Source of the DNA: Gillisia hiemivivida
GTDB lineage: Bacteria > Bacteroidota > Bacteroidia > Flavobacteriales > Flavobacteriaceae
NCBI RefSeq assembly: GCF_007997295.1
Contig: NZ_VORY01000008.1
Location: forward strand, 76,596 to 140,595
DNA length: 64,000 nucleotides
Direction: 5' to 3'
Notes under the pieces: generated by a model
Databases searched by the model: none
The model's input: only the letters and a program-made list of their open reading frames with translations
What the model was told of the DNA's origin: nothing
Made by a program: the position numbers and the translations under genes
Shown here: piece by piece, positions 21,140-30,280 of the stretch
How the letters are laid out: every line of letters begins with the position of its first letter
Position numbering within the stretch: the stretch's first letter is position 1

Positions 21140-22030
21140 TTAATAATTTTTTAAAGCATTTTCTAACTGATTCCGAATTTGCTTTTGGAGACTATTTGGT
21201 TCCAGAACTTTTACCTGATCTCCATAGGAAAGTAGTTCCATTTTAAAATCGTAGGTAGGTCTAATGAAGTAATTAAACTGATATTCATTATCATTTTTGG
21301 AAATGAGCTTCTGGCTTCTATGTAGCGGAAGGGATTCTACATATCTGCCTTCTCTAGCCGTGAATGAAAGAATGACATCAATCGGTTTTTCATTGGTTCC
21401 ATTTATTATCCCGAAACTATCCTTAAATTCTTGATGTGCGTTGTATTGAATTGGTTTGAATTTGGTTTCAGTTATTAGGAGGGACACAATTCTATCTAGG
21501 GCAAAATTCTTGATTATATTATCTGCGTCTTCAGCTATTAGATACCACCTGTTTCTTGCTTCCTTTAAAGCAATGGGCATAACCTCTCTTTTGCTGTCTG
21601 TATCATCATAAAATTTATGATAGTCAAATTTCACTTTTAAACCATTTTGAATAGCATTTAGAAGCCCTGCCATATTCTGAGTTCCTAATGATCTTCGCTC
21701 TTCAAATACTAAACTATTTCCTAAGCTTTTAGAAAGTCGAATTGCATTTAAGATCTCAAAATTTTCACGCAATCTTTGGGAATGTGTTTCTTCCAGATCG
21801 TCCTTTATAAAGTATTTTTTATTACTTCGATCAGATTCAATTTCAATTCCATAGATGGATGCTATATCGAGTATATCTCTTTGGAAAGTTCTTTGAGAAG
21901 TCATTAAACTTTCTTCTCTGGAGTCAGGATCCATGTTCATTTCATCTTGAACTTCATCATATCCCAGAGGTCTTAACCTTAAAAGAGAAATAATTTTGTA
22001 ATGACGTTTGATGGTTTGGCGTACAGACAT
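21140..22030 (-). CDS. wHTH-WYL-WCX transcriptional regulator (BrxR/CapW-like defence-island regulator)
   Basis: The WYL signature is NRWYLIAEDADNIIKNFALDRI. An N-terminal HTH-like region (RHYKIISLLRLRP) is present. The length, 296 aa, is typical of the BrxR family. Confidence 0.7.
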   Translation of the reverse strand: MSVRQTIKRHYKIISLLRLRPLGYDEVQDEMNMDPDSREESLMTSQRTFQRDILDIASIYGIEIESDRSNKKYFIKDDLEETHSQRLRENFEILNAIRLSKSLGNSLVFEERRSLGTQNMAGLLNAIQNGLKVKFDYHKFYDDTDSKREVMPIALKEARNRWYLIAEDADNIIKNFALDRIVSLLITETKFKPIQYNAHQEFKDSFGIINGTNEKPIDVILSFTAREGRYVESLPLHRSQKLISKNDNEYQFNYFIRPTYDFKMELLSYGDQVKVLEPNSLQKQIRNQLENALKNY

Positions 22031-22040
22031 AGTATTAGTT

Positions 22041-22532
22041 TTAATAACAAAGTTTAGAAAAGAAGATTGCAGTTTGAGTCTCGAATAGGTCTAAAGGTAT
22101 TCGATGCCCTAATCGAGGATCTATATGAAGGTCTATTTCTTCTTTATCAATGTAGTTCCCTAAGAAAGCTAAAGTCTCCTTAGGATCCACGACATCATCA
22201 ATGCCTCCTAAAACAATCTGCTTATAGGAATTTCCTTTAGTGTAATTAGAATTAATAGTATGCTTGTCTTCATATTTAGCTAATGGTGGATTAAACAGTA
22301 AGCATGGTCTGCCTATGCTGTCTGAAATGATATAAGAATTTAGAGCTCCCATGCTACTTCCAATAATCACATTGATCTCAATATCTTTAAGCTTTTCCAA
22401 AATTAATTTTGGTTGAATATGTTCAATACTGTAATCAATATCGGGGGCGTAAACATTTCCATATTTTTCAAGTATCGCACGTTTTTGATCATTCAATTTG
22501 CTGTTAAGTCCATGTAAATAAAGTATGTTCAT
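22041..22532 (-). CDS. YqiA/UPF0227-like alpha/beta hydrolase (esterase)
   Basis: The N-terminus is ILYLHGLNS and the nucleophile elbow is GSSMG. The protein is small, 163 aa. Confidence 0.55.
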   Translation of the reverse strand: MNILYLHGLNSKLNDQKRAILEKYGNVYAPDIDYSIEHIQPKLILEKLKDIEINVIIGSSMGALNSYIISDSIGRPCLLFNPPLAKYEDKHTINSNYTKGNSYKQIVLGGIDDVVDPKETLAFLGNYIDKEEIDLHIDPRLGHRIPLDLFETQTAIFFSKLCY

Positions 22533-22534
22533 AG

Positions 22535-22849
22535 TTATTTGCTTAATTGTTTCTTAGTAAGATCACTTCGATAGGATTTTCCATCTTTAGGCCAATTCCA
22601 TTTGTTGGAGATCTCTTTTAGTTGGGGTAATTCGATTTGTGAGTCTGATAACTTTTTCTTGACCAGGCGTCTTAGTTTTCTATTTGCTTTTAGCTTTTCT
22701 TCCTTTTCAGAAGATGCCAGGCAGTTTCCTAAAATTGGTAGTTTTCTTCTCGATCTACTCATCTTCTCTAATTCTATAAAACAAATAAAACCAATTAGAG
22801 CGACAAAATATGTCGGCACTAGAATTAATTTGAGTTCATTTCTTTTCAA
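22535..22849 (-). CDS. Hypothetical small basic protein with N-terminal TM helix
   Basis: It begins LKLILVPTYFVALIGFICFI and is followed by a Lys/Arg-rich tail. It lies 2 bp upstream of the hydrolase gene. Confidence 0.35.
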   Translation of the reverse strand: MKRNELKLILVPTYFVALIGFICFIELEKMSRSRRKLPILGNCLASSEKEEKLKANRKLRRLVKKKLSDSQIELPQLKEISNKWNWPKDGKSYRSDLTKKQLSK

Positions 22850-23491
22850 TACCAGGGTACAAGCTCGATATCGCTTAACCTACTAAAGATTATTAATCTG
22901 AATAGTGCAACATAAAGCACTTTTTAGATATCAACGCTTCACAAAACAACAAACACATCCAAATAGTGCATTAAAAGGCACTTATGACATATTTTTTAAT
23001 AGAGTTTTTTATTACAGGTTCCATCTTATTTACCAAATTGTTTCCCTAAAGAAACGCTTAAATAAATATTCAGAAAAAACACACATTGCTATTGATTTTC
23101 ACTTAAACATTCCTCAGATAAATTCCGCCAATTAAATGTTCTGACCCGATATGAAACATAGCGATTCATAAGTAGTTTTTATCAAAACATATTAAATAGA
23201 TACTATGAAACCGATATTCTTTATGAATATTCATATTTCAAAAGAGTTGTAGGAAGAATGATTGTTATGCAAAGATCACAAATTCCTAATCAAGAATCTA
23301 AAACATAATTTTCTACTACAATGCCCCCAAATCTACCAGAACTAACCTGCGCGTGGTTCCTGTGCTGTTTTTATAGCGTTCGGGAAGATAAGCGTTAAGT
23401 AAAAACAGCAGAGGGCGCAATTGTGCTATGATTTGAAACTGAATTTCTTTTTTTTCTACTCAAAATTAAACTACAGAAGAAATTGTTTGAT

Positions 23492-23854
23492 TTATTTATA
23501 AAAATCGGGATGTGTATCATCCTCTTCATAGGCTTTTTTCTCACGATACAGAGGTTTGTTTCTTAGATTTGCCCCATTTATAAGATTAAGAAGAATTTTG
23601 AGCGTAGGCTCTAAAGAATCTTTTTCCATTTTACGTAACAGTGCTTCCAGAGCATCCATTCTTTTATTGAAAATATGCAGTAATCTATTATTAGTAAGAG
23701 GGAATGGCTTAAAGGGAGAGATATAATTCTTGTCAAAAAAGTCCAGCATCGCTTCTAAGGTTTCAGTATAATTCACCTCATTTTCTACGGCGTATTTTTT
23801 AAAGCGTTCTACCGTTTCGGAATGAAAGTTAATTCGGGAGAAATTCTTGCTCAT
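23492..23854 (-). CDS. Hypothetical protein (mobile-element associated)
   Basis: This is a 120-aa ORF isolated between long AT-rich noncoding stretches. There is no motif. Confidence 0.35.
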   Translation of the reverse strand: MSKNFSRINFHSETVERFKKYAVENEVNYTETLEAMLDFFDKNYISPFKPFPLTNNRLLHIFNKRMDALEALLRKMEKDSLEPTLKILLNLINGANLRNKPLYREKKAYEEDDTHPDFYK

Positions 23855-24443
23855 GGTTTCTTTTTTTTAAAGATTAGGATAATTGGTTGTACTGTTTATA
23901 AGGCCTGCCGACCAATTGCGGTAAATATTGTAGTTGGAATGGTTTTATAATCTTCAGAACACCTATATAAAATACTGATATTCAATTACTTATGAGAAAA
24001 TGAGAATAACTTAACATCGCGTAGCGTGTTATCCTCTTGCTACTCATTTTCCTTCGCTTTCAGCTCATCAAAAGAGTACTTTTTTAGTGATTACTATCCT
24101 TAATTTTCTCTGTTTAATGCAGCACTCAAAGAATATTATTTGACTGCCTTTGTATCAATTTGAAAATTAAGTTAGTAGTGCAATTTTCGATTTTTTGATT
24201 AGATTTTGAAGTTAACTGTCTTATAATTATCTACTAAATTACTTTCAGAAAAACGACAGCGAACTCCAACCATAATTTTCTATAAATAATTTTAAAGTTC
24301 GATTTTCGTTCTTATTTCAATCTGCTTTTCTGTTCAAAATATTGGTTGGTGTTCAAGATTTTTACAGACGAACCTCTTTTTTCTAAGATGTTCTTTTTAA
24401 ACATCGGGAAAAATGTGGTGAGGACTTATTTTATAAATCATCC

Positions 24444-25109
24444 TTATTCTCTCCAGCTTTTCCCTTCCCATTTAATGATATTAAACATTTCCGGCAGTCG
24501 ATCTCCAATATGATTTCCATATCTCGCAGTTATGGCCGATGGATTTTCATTCGTAGTTACAAAAGTTTTAAACTTCCGGTGGTGTCTTTCAAAAAGTAGC
24601 TTTCCAATTATTTCTTCCCTGTTGTAAGCCTTATCTTCTTTTCCTAGATCGTCCAGGTATAGCTTTCCTCGATAATAATTTTCCAGTTTAAAATTGCTGC
24701 TTGGATGTTTCTGAGATTTATAATACTGATTAAGCATATCTATGGTTGATATGCGCGGAAACCATAATTGGGTATTTTGGGTTTTAGTAACGATTGTTCT
24801 TCCAACTTCATGAATGGTATTAAAGAGCGTGGATTTTCCAACTCCGTAATCTCCATATACCAATAAACCTTTATCCAGATCAGCCTTATTTTTAATCACT
24901 CCGTAATCATTGAAATCAGGTTGGTGCAAAAAATACCTGAAAACACTGTAAATTATTTCTTTGTTTTCAGGTTTTATGATGAATTGAGGAGCATGAAATC
25001 GGAATAGCTTCCAAAAAAGTTGTTTGGTAATCAAGGATTGATGATGACTATTAACTTTTACCGATGCGGAGGTTTTTGATGAAACCAGTATTGTATTTGA
25101 ATTAATCAT
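24444..25109 (-). CDS. P-loop ATPase, DnaC/IstB-like helper (replication module of integrated element)
   Basis: Walker A is GDYGVGKST and the Walker B-like motif is KLYLDDLGKE. It overlaps the upstream gene by 8 bp. Confidence 0.5.
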   Translation of the reverse strand: MINSNTILVSSKTSASVKVNSHHQSLITKQLFWKLFRFHAPQFIIKPENKEIIYSVFRYFLHQPDFNDYGVIKNKADLDKGLLVYGDYGVGKSTLFNTIHEVGRTIVTKTQNTQLWFPRISTIDMLNQYYKSQKHPSSNFKLENYYRGKLYLDDLGKEDKAYNREEIIGKLLFERHHRKFKTFVTTNENPSAITARYGNHIGDRLPEMFNIIKWEGKSWRE

Positions 25110-25908
25110 AGCTTTTAATTTTATCCTGAACTCTTATGTCCATTTCTTTAATTTCCACATACTTTTTTCCCTGTGCGATAAGCTGACTTATTTTTTCCCG
25201 AAGTTTATTAGTGTCCAAAATGATCCCTTTCCAGAATTCATCTTTATGAAGCAGCTCATAAGCGAGCTGTAAATGTGTTTCCGTAATCCCATCATTTATT
25301 AGCATTTTCCGAACAGGCTCTACGAAATCTTCAAAACTGGCCTCTTTCATTTTTTTCAATGGCGCACCTTTATTTTTTAAATTCTGCAGAAATAACTCCT
25401 GAAATTTAATCGCCCAATTGAATGACAGTTTTTGATCAAAACCAACTTCAAAATCTTTGATTTCCATTAATGGCTTCTTTTCTAAAGTTTCAAGGTTTAT
25501 AGTTTTATTGTTTGCTTGTTTATCTATACTAGCAATGCCTTGGCAAGTGCCATGGACTTGCTTTATATAATGGCTGGACATTGCTTTATCTAATGCTTTT
25601 AGAACTGGCTTGTCATTTTTTACCAAAGCAATGATATTGGCGGTGTACTGATTTTTGCTTTTCTGAATCCATTTTATGAAACCCCAATCTGCTAGATCTT
25701 GTAGTGCACAGATATAGGTTTTATAATTTTTGATGCCCAGGGCTTCCATTGCTAGATCAGTGGGAAAACCAAATTCCTCTTTCCATCCCAACCGATTGCA
25801 GCGTTCGATGGCAAAAAAGTAAATAGCGGTATGGTTGGGTTTTATCTTATGAGTGTTTGCGAAACTAAAATCGAACCATGTGCGGGAAAATTCGTAGCCA
25901 GTCATCAC
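25102..25908 (-). CDS. Putative replication initiation/primase-associated protein of phage/ICE type
   Basis: It sits between an excisionase-like HTH gene and a DnaC-like ATPase in an overlapping operon. There is no catalytic motif, so the call is contextual. Confidence 0.3.
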   Translation of the reverse strand: MMTGYEFSRTWFDFSFANTHKIKPNHTAIYFFAIERCNRLGWKEEFGFPTDLAMEALGIKNYKTYICALQDLADWGFIKWIQKSKNQYTANIIALVKNDKPVLKALDKAMSSHYIKQVHGTCQGIASIDKQANNKTINLETLEKKPLMEIKDFEVGFDQKLSFNWAIKFQELFLQNLKNKGAPLKKMKEASFEDFVEPVRKMLINDGITETHLQLAYELLHKDEFWKGIILDTNKLREKISQLIAQGKKYVEIKEMDIRVQDKIKSYD

Positions 25909-25909
25909 T

Positions 25910-26140
25910 CTAAGAATTAGATTTATTTAGTAGCCAGGAATTCAGTTTTTCCTTTTCGAAATAGATCAACTTTCCTCGGGGTTTGCAATAGGGAATTTTT
26001 TCAGTAGAGGTAAGCTTATACATATAACTTCTTGAAATACCAGTATACTGGCAAGCTTCTTCCAAGGTTAGAACTTCTTTGTTTGCCAGAAGCAGTTGCT
26101 CAATACGAATCAATCGATCCTCTAGTTGTAAATCATCCAT
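25910..26140 (-). CDS. AlpA/Xis-family (MerR-like) helix-turn-helix DNA-binding protein, excisionase-like
   Basis: TLEEACQYTGISRSYMYKLTSTEKIPYCKPRGKLIYFEKEKLNSWL is a typical excisionase/AlpA HTH. The protein is 76 aa. Confidence 0.65.
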   Translation of the reverse strand: MDDLQLEDRLIRIEQLLLANKEVLTLEEACQYTGISRSYMYKLTSTEKIPYCKPRGKLIYFEKEKLNSWLLNKSNS

Positions 26141-26254
26141 AATTTCTATTTTTTATAAAGCCAACAAGTCTTGTTGTCTTTTGATTATAGAAACAAATGA
26201 ATAACGAAAATCCCTGAAAATCAATAGGGTAAGTCGTGGTCTAGTGGTAATACC

Positions 26255-26980
26255 TTATAAATTCTTTTTGAGAAGCGCGGAAATATTCTCTAGATAGGAG
26301 GATTTGTTGTTTTTCCAATCGTAAATATTTTTTGTTGAAAAAGTCAATTCTTTTCCTTCAGAATTTTTCAGAATGAAGTAATAATTTGTTAATTCTATCA
26401 TTTGTTGATTTTCCAAATTTTCAAATCCTACCAAAATTTGACTTAGAAATTCCAACAAGGTTTGGCGGTTTACTTGTTTAGGTAATTTATAAGAAGAATC
26501 TTTCCATACCAATCGTTTCAATCTTGAAACTGGTTTTAACTGAATAAAAGCTTGAAAGGTTTGATAGTCTCCACTTAAATGATTTTCTGAAAATGCTTTA
26601 AAAATATTATTTACTTGAACCTCATTTAAAGGAATGGCATTTAGGTCAAATTTCTTTATTTCATCTTCAGCTAAGCTAAATACCTCCAATGTATTAGAAT
26701 TCCTTCTAACCCTCTTTTGTGTAATATGAAAGTACATTACAGAAGCACATATTAGTAAGCACAATATGAATATAAAAGTGAATACAATTTGTGCCCAAAA
26801 AGCATAGGGAGTAATCCATACATAATACAAAAGCAATGTTAGAAGGAAAACGCAACCCAAAAAAAGAAGAGGACCAATTTGAGAATTTGTTTCTCGAATG
26901 AGATAATTGAGAAAAGTATCTAGCTTTTCCTTCGCTTGAAGTGAAAAAATTGCAATCCGCTCTAAAAACATCCTTATCAA
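26255..26980 (-). CDS. Hypothetical membrane protein (two N-terminal TM helices)
   Basis: Hydrophobic stretches are LLFLGCVFLLTLLLYYVWITPYAFWAQIVFTFIFILCLLICASVMYF. Confidence 0.45.
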   Translation of the reverse strand: MIRMFLERIAIFSLQAKEKLDTFLNYLIRETNSQIGPLLFLGCVFLLTLLLYYVWITPYAFWAQIVFTFIFILCLLICASVMYFHITQKRVRRNSNTLEVFSLAEDEIKKFDLNAIPLNEVQVNNIFKAFSENHLSGDYQTFQAFIQLKPVSRLKRLVWKDSSYKLPKQVNRQTLLEFLSQILVGFENLENQQMIELTNYYFILKNSEGKELTFSTKNIYDWKNNKSSYLENISALLKKNL

Positions 26981-27060
26981 TCTTACTATTAGCTAATTAA
27001 AGATAATAAAAAGAAGAAATAATTAAGCTTTTAAATACTTGGTTACATGAATTTCAAAAA

Positions 27061-27150
27061 GTAAGAAGTACTTCGCCCTCACCTATCTTGGTAAGAATAT
27101 CTTTGTCACAAAGATCTTGCAAATCTTTGGTCACAGTTGTTAGGAGTTTT
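27061..27150. repeat. Diverged direct copy (A) of the 3' end of the fic gene (last ~30 codons), non-coding remnant
   Basis: The reverse-complement translation ...DLQDLCDKDILTKIGEGRSTSY resembles the Fic C-terminus ...DLQDLCDKGILTKEGGGRSTSYY. It shares a ~50-bp left flank, from ~27031, with copy B. Confidence 0.7.
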
Positions 27151-27229
27151 TGGTCAGGAATTGTTTTTTAGTGTGTTCATTCCTTTAAAAAGAGTTCTAA
27201 AAACTCTACTTTAATAATTACCACTGAGC

Positions 27230-28039
27230 TTACAACCACTCCAATTGAAAACTTACGTTATAGCCATATTCTTCATTCCTTAGATTGATTTCGGTGGGTT
27301 TTGTATCCCTGTAATCGTTAAGCCGAATGATTAATTCTTGCGAACTCCTTGCAAGGTCTTGTCCAACACCATTTCCGTCATCATCCCCAATTCCAAACTC
27401 AATTGTAGAACGGTCCGAAATATAAAGTTCCTTTTGGGACAAATCCCACTCTAGTTGTTGCTGATTTGGATATATTGGGGAAAGGTACCATAACCTCATA
27501 TCAACAGTGGCTTTCGAAAAATGTATATTTTTTAATTTGTTAAGTGAAAAAATTATATCGGCCATTCGGTTTGGGTCGTCTTCAGCATATTCTTCGTCCC
27601 AGTTGCCATTCATGTTATAAAACGAATTGATCCGGAAGCCAATAACCTTCACCGCATTTCCGCGAGTAACATTAAAATTCAGGGTTTTTGTTGTTCTTTT
27701 TCCGCTGATACTGGTAAACTCCAACTTCACTTCTTCGTTACCTAAATATCCAAATTGGAAGTGCAGATTAAGATTTTGCTCATCTAGCGAAGTACCGGGC
27801 ATTGCTGCCGTAATACTCTGAGAGCCATTTTCAAAAATTCTGGTGATATCATAAATATCTTCGTTAGATTGTACCTTAACTTCAAAAGGTATATCCACTG
27901 TTACTTCAGTTACAGAAGGTGTAAGGTTTACGTTGAAAATTTTTTCAATTTCAGGAAGCTGTTCATTTGCGGAATCAGGACTACACGAAAAACCAAGTGT
28001 TAGCACCCATATCAGTAAGATTTTTTTTCCCATATTCAT
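27230..28039 (-). CDS. Lipoprotein (signal peptide + lipobox Cys), unknown function
   Basis: The N-terminus is MNMGKKILLIWVLTLGFSCSPDS. It lies between repeat copies A and B. Confidence 0.5.
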   Translation of the reverse strand: MNMGKKILLIWVLTLGFSCSPDSANEQLPEIEKIFNVNLTPSVTEVTVDIPFEVKVQSNEDIYDITRIFENGSQSITAAMPGTSLDEQNLNLHFQFGYLGNEEVKLEFTSISGKRTTKTLNFNVTRGNAVKVIGFRINSFYNMNGNWDEEYAEDDPNRMADIIFSLNKLKNIHFSKATVDMRLWYLSPIYPNQQQLEWDLSQKELYISDRSTIEFGIGDDDGNGVGQDLARSSQELIIRLNDYRDTKPTEINLRNEEYGYNVSFQLEWL

Positions 28040-28335
28040 TTTTAAGAAAAACTGAATAAATGTATAATAAAAAAGGATTCGAAAAGTATTATAATTTGAG
28101 ATTTAAAGAAATTATTTTTTTGGACTGAGGAACCTTTACAGTGCTTCTTTTGTAATTACCATTCAATCTTTGGATTTCTGAGTGATATTACTTCACTAAA
28201 GCTTAGTTTTTTCGATTAAATTTTATGAGCCGAATAGAAAATTCTTCTTCCTCAGATTTATAAAGATATCAAGCTGATTAAAAAATTTATTAGAAGCATA
28301 TGTTTTTAAATACTTGTTTGCATGAATTTCAAAAA

Positions 28336-28427
28336 GTAAGAAGTACTTCGCCCTCCACCTTCCTTGGTGAGAATACCTTTGTCACAAAGATCTTGTAAGT
28401 CCCTTGTGGCTGTTGGTTTGGAGGTTT
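28336..28427. repeat. Near-identical direct copy (B) of the fic 3' end (91/92 identical to 38994-39085)
   Basis: It matches the real fic 3' end exactly except one base (gtaagtccc vs gtaaatccc). It has an A-like left flank. It forms a hybrid att-like junction. Confidence 0.8.
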
Positions 28428-28796
28428 GGTGTATTTGAGTGAGGCCTTAAGTATTTTGATATTTTCGCATTTCAAATTTTCACATAATAACTATGGGAGA
28501 TCAGAAAAAGCACAAGGGAAATAAAACACCCCAAACTACAAATCATAATATTTTCCAGAGTTCGAATATTCATCAGCATAGAGATGCCCATAATATAAGT
28601 TATCAAAAAAATCGTGAAACTTATGATCTTAAAGGTCTTCCTTACTTGCATAGCTGAAAGTTTAGGAAATAAATTTAAAAATAAACAGCCTTATTCATTG
28701 AAAATTAAAGTCATATAATCTTCATGTTATTGTTAAGGGAGAGAGGCTATTTGATTAAGGGTTATGTAAATAAGGGCGATAGATGAAATTTAATGC

Positions 28797-29552
28797 TCAC
28801 ATCTTTGACCTCAATCTTGCAAATTCCTGCTCCAACAGGCTAAGTTTTTCCTCCAGGCCATCCCCGGTTTCAGGAATTCGGTGATAAAAAACATAGCAAA
28901 TACGCCAAAGTTCCTTCACCTCTTTCAGGTTTACTTTGATATCTTCTACTACCTTATGATCTGCCCTCAAAACTACGGTATCATTGGTGATGTAGAGCCT
29001 GCGCAGAACCAGCTGATCCTGATAAATGACCACCACCAGGATCCCGTTGTCTAATTTCTTAAACCCCGATTTAGGAATAATCTCTCCAATAACAACATCT
29101 TTAGGAAATAAGCCTTTATCATGATTACTCATTTCTAAGTTGTCTACTGTATAACCCCTGTAATTTGTTTCTTTGCTTATAGGAAGACGTAAGCACGGCA
29201 TGTTCTTGATGAAGTCCTCCTTGTCAAAATAACGTTTATAGTCGTTGCTGTTACTATGTACAATGCACGGCACCACAGCAAATTGTTCACGCACCATTTC
29301 TTCGTGATCTGTGATCATGCTACTTTTAAACTTCAGTAGCTTGTTTACGGTAAGCTCTTTGGTAAGTAGATCATCTATGGGAATGCTAAAATGGTTAGCA
29401 ATTTTAATTATGGTTTCGATCTTGGGTTCACTTCTTCCTTCTTCGTAAGCCCCAAGTGTACCTCGCTTTAAGTCGAAAAGTTCGGCAAAAGATTGTTGGC
29501 TTAAGGATCTTACGCTTCGGATCTTCCGAATATTTTTACCAAAAAATGACAT
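28797..29552 (-). CDS. XRE-family HTH regulator with LexA/CI-like (S24-like, probably degenerate) C-terminal domain
   Basis: The N-terminus carries IRKIRSVRSLSQQSFAELFDLKRGTLGAYEEGRSEPKIETIIKIANHFSIPIDDLL (HTH_3). The C-terminal beta-rich domain lacks a clear GDSM motif. Confidence 0.6.
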   Translation of the reverse strand: MSFFGKNIRKIRSVRSLSQQSFAELFDLKRGTLGAYEEGRSEPKIETIIKIANHFSIPIDDLLTKELTVNKLLKFKSSMITDHEEMVREQFAVVPCIVHSNSNDYKRYFDKEDFIKNMPCLRLPISKETNYRGYTVDNLEMSNHDKGLFPKDVVIGEIIPKSGFKKLDNGILVVVIYQDQLVLRRLYITNDTVVLRADHKVVEDIKVNLKEVKELWRICYVFYHRIPETGDGLEEKLSLLEQEFARLRSKM

Positions 29553-29872
29553 AATTTGCTAATTTAATTTGCAGCATTTAAAAAATATTGTATATTCGTC
29601 TAACAATATTAGCAAAAAGTTTTCACTTTACCACAATCATTAGCAATTCATTTCCTCCCTACAAGAAATAATTGCTAAAAAGTAAGGAGGAAAAAACAGT
29701 GTCTTCGAGACCTCGATCTTTAATTTTTTAATAAAAACACTAACTTTAAAAGCCAAAAATTATGATTCCATTAATAATTATGTTTTTAACCCACGTAATA
29801 ACCAAAGCTTTAGAACTTTTTTGTATTATTAACCTTTAGAAATTTTTAACATTTTCTAACTAAACAAACTCA

Positions 29873-30268
29873 ATGAAAAATCATTACAATATTACCAGGG
29901 ATTTTTTACTGGAACTAAATTTTGATATCTCCCGAGAAGCAACAGAAGATTGTATCCTTGTGGTTCAAAAAGAAAGTGCGGGAATAAGAAATCTCATCCT
30001 TGGAGTGGCGCCTCCCATCCTTATCCTGGAACAGTTTATTTTCAGGATCAATGACCAGTCTGAAAAGATCTTTAAAAGCCTGCTGCAAAAGAACCGCGAT
30101 ATTATTCACGGAGCCTTTGTCCTGGACGAGAGCGGTGAGAAGGTGATCTTTAGAGATACCCTTCAAATCGAAAACATGGATATCAATGAATTGGAAGGCA
30201 GCCTAAACTCGCTAAGCCTTTTAATGAGTGAATATTCCGATAACATTATTGAATTTTCTAAATACTAA
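29873..30268 (+). CDS. YbjN-like (putative sensory transduction regulator / T3SS-chaperone-like fold) small protein
   Basis: This is a 131-aa acidic protein. Its size and pattern (hydrophobic core segments, C-terminal LSLLMSEYSD) are compatible with the YbjN family. The assignment is weak. Confidence 0.35.
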   Translation: MKNHYNITRDFLLELNFDISREATEDCILVVQKESAGIRNLILGVAPPILILEQFIFRINDQSEKIFKSLLQKNRDIIHGAFVLDESGEKVIFRDTLQIENMDINELEGSLNSLSLLMSEYSDNIIEFSKY

Positions 30269-30280
30269 AAATCTAAAATT

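Noticed and set aside
26224-26251. GGGTAAGTCGTGGTCTAGTGGTAATACC looks like the 5' third of a tRNA (acceptor + D-arm), next to the element remnant
   Set aside because: The putative D-stem arms (GTGG / TACC) are not complementary. No anticodon arm, T-arm or CCA end follows. The sequence runs straight into the 3' end of the 26255-26980 ORF. It is treated as chance resemblance.
28493-28657. 54-codon ORF (MGDQKKHKGNKTPQTTNHNIFQSSNIHQHRDAHNISYQKNRETYDLKGLPYLHS) between fic-repeat copy B and the XRE repressor gene
   Set aside because: It is below the track threshold. It is highly biased (His/Asn/Gln-rich). No motif is present and conservation cannot be assessed. It is left unannotated.
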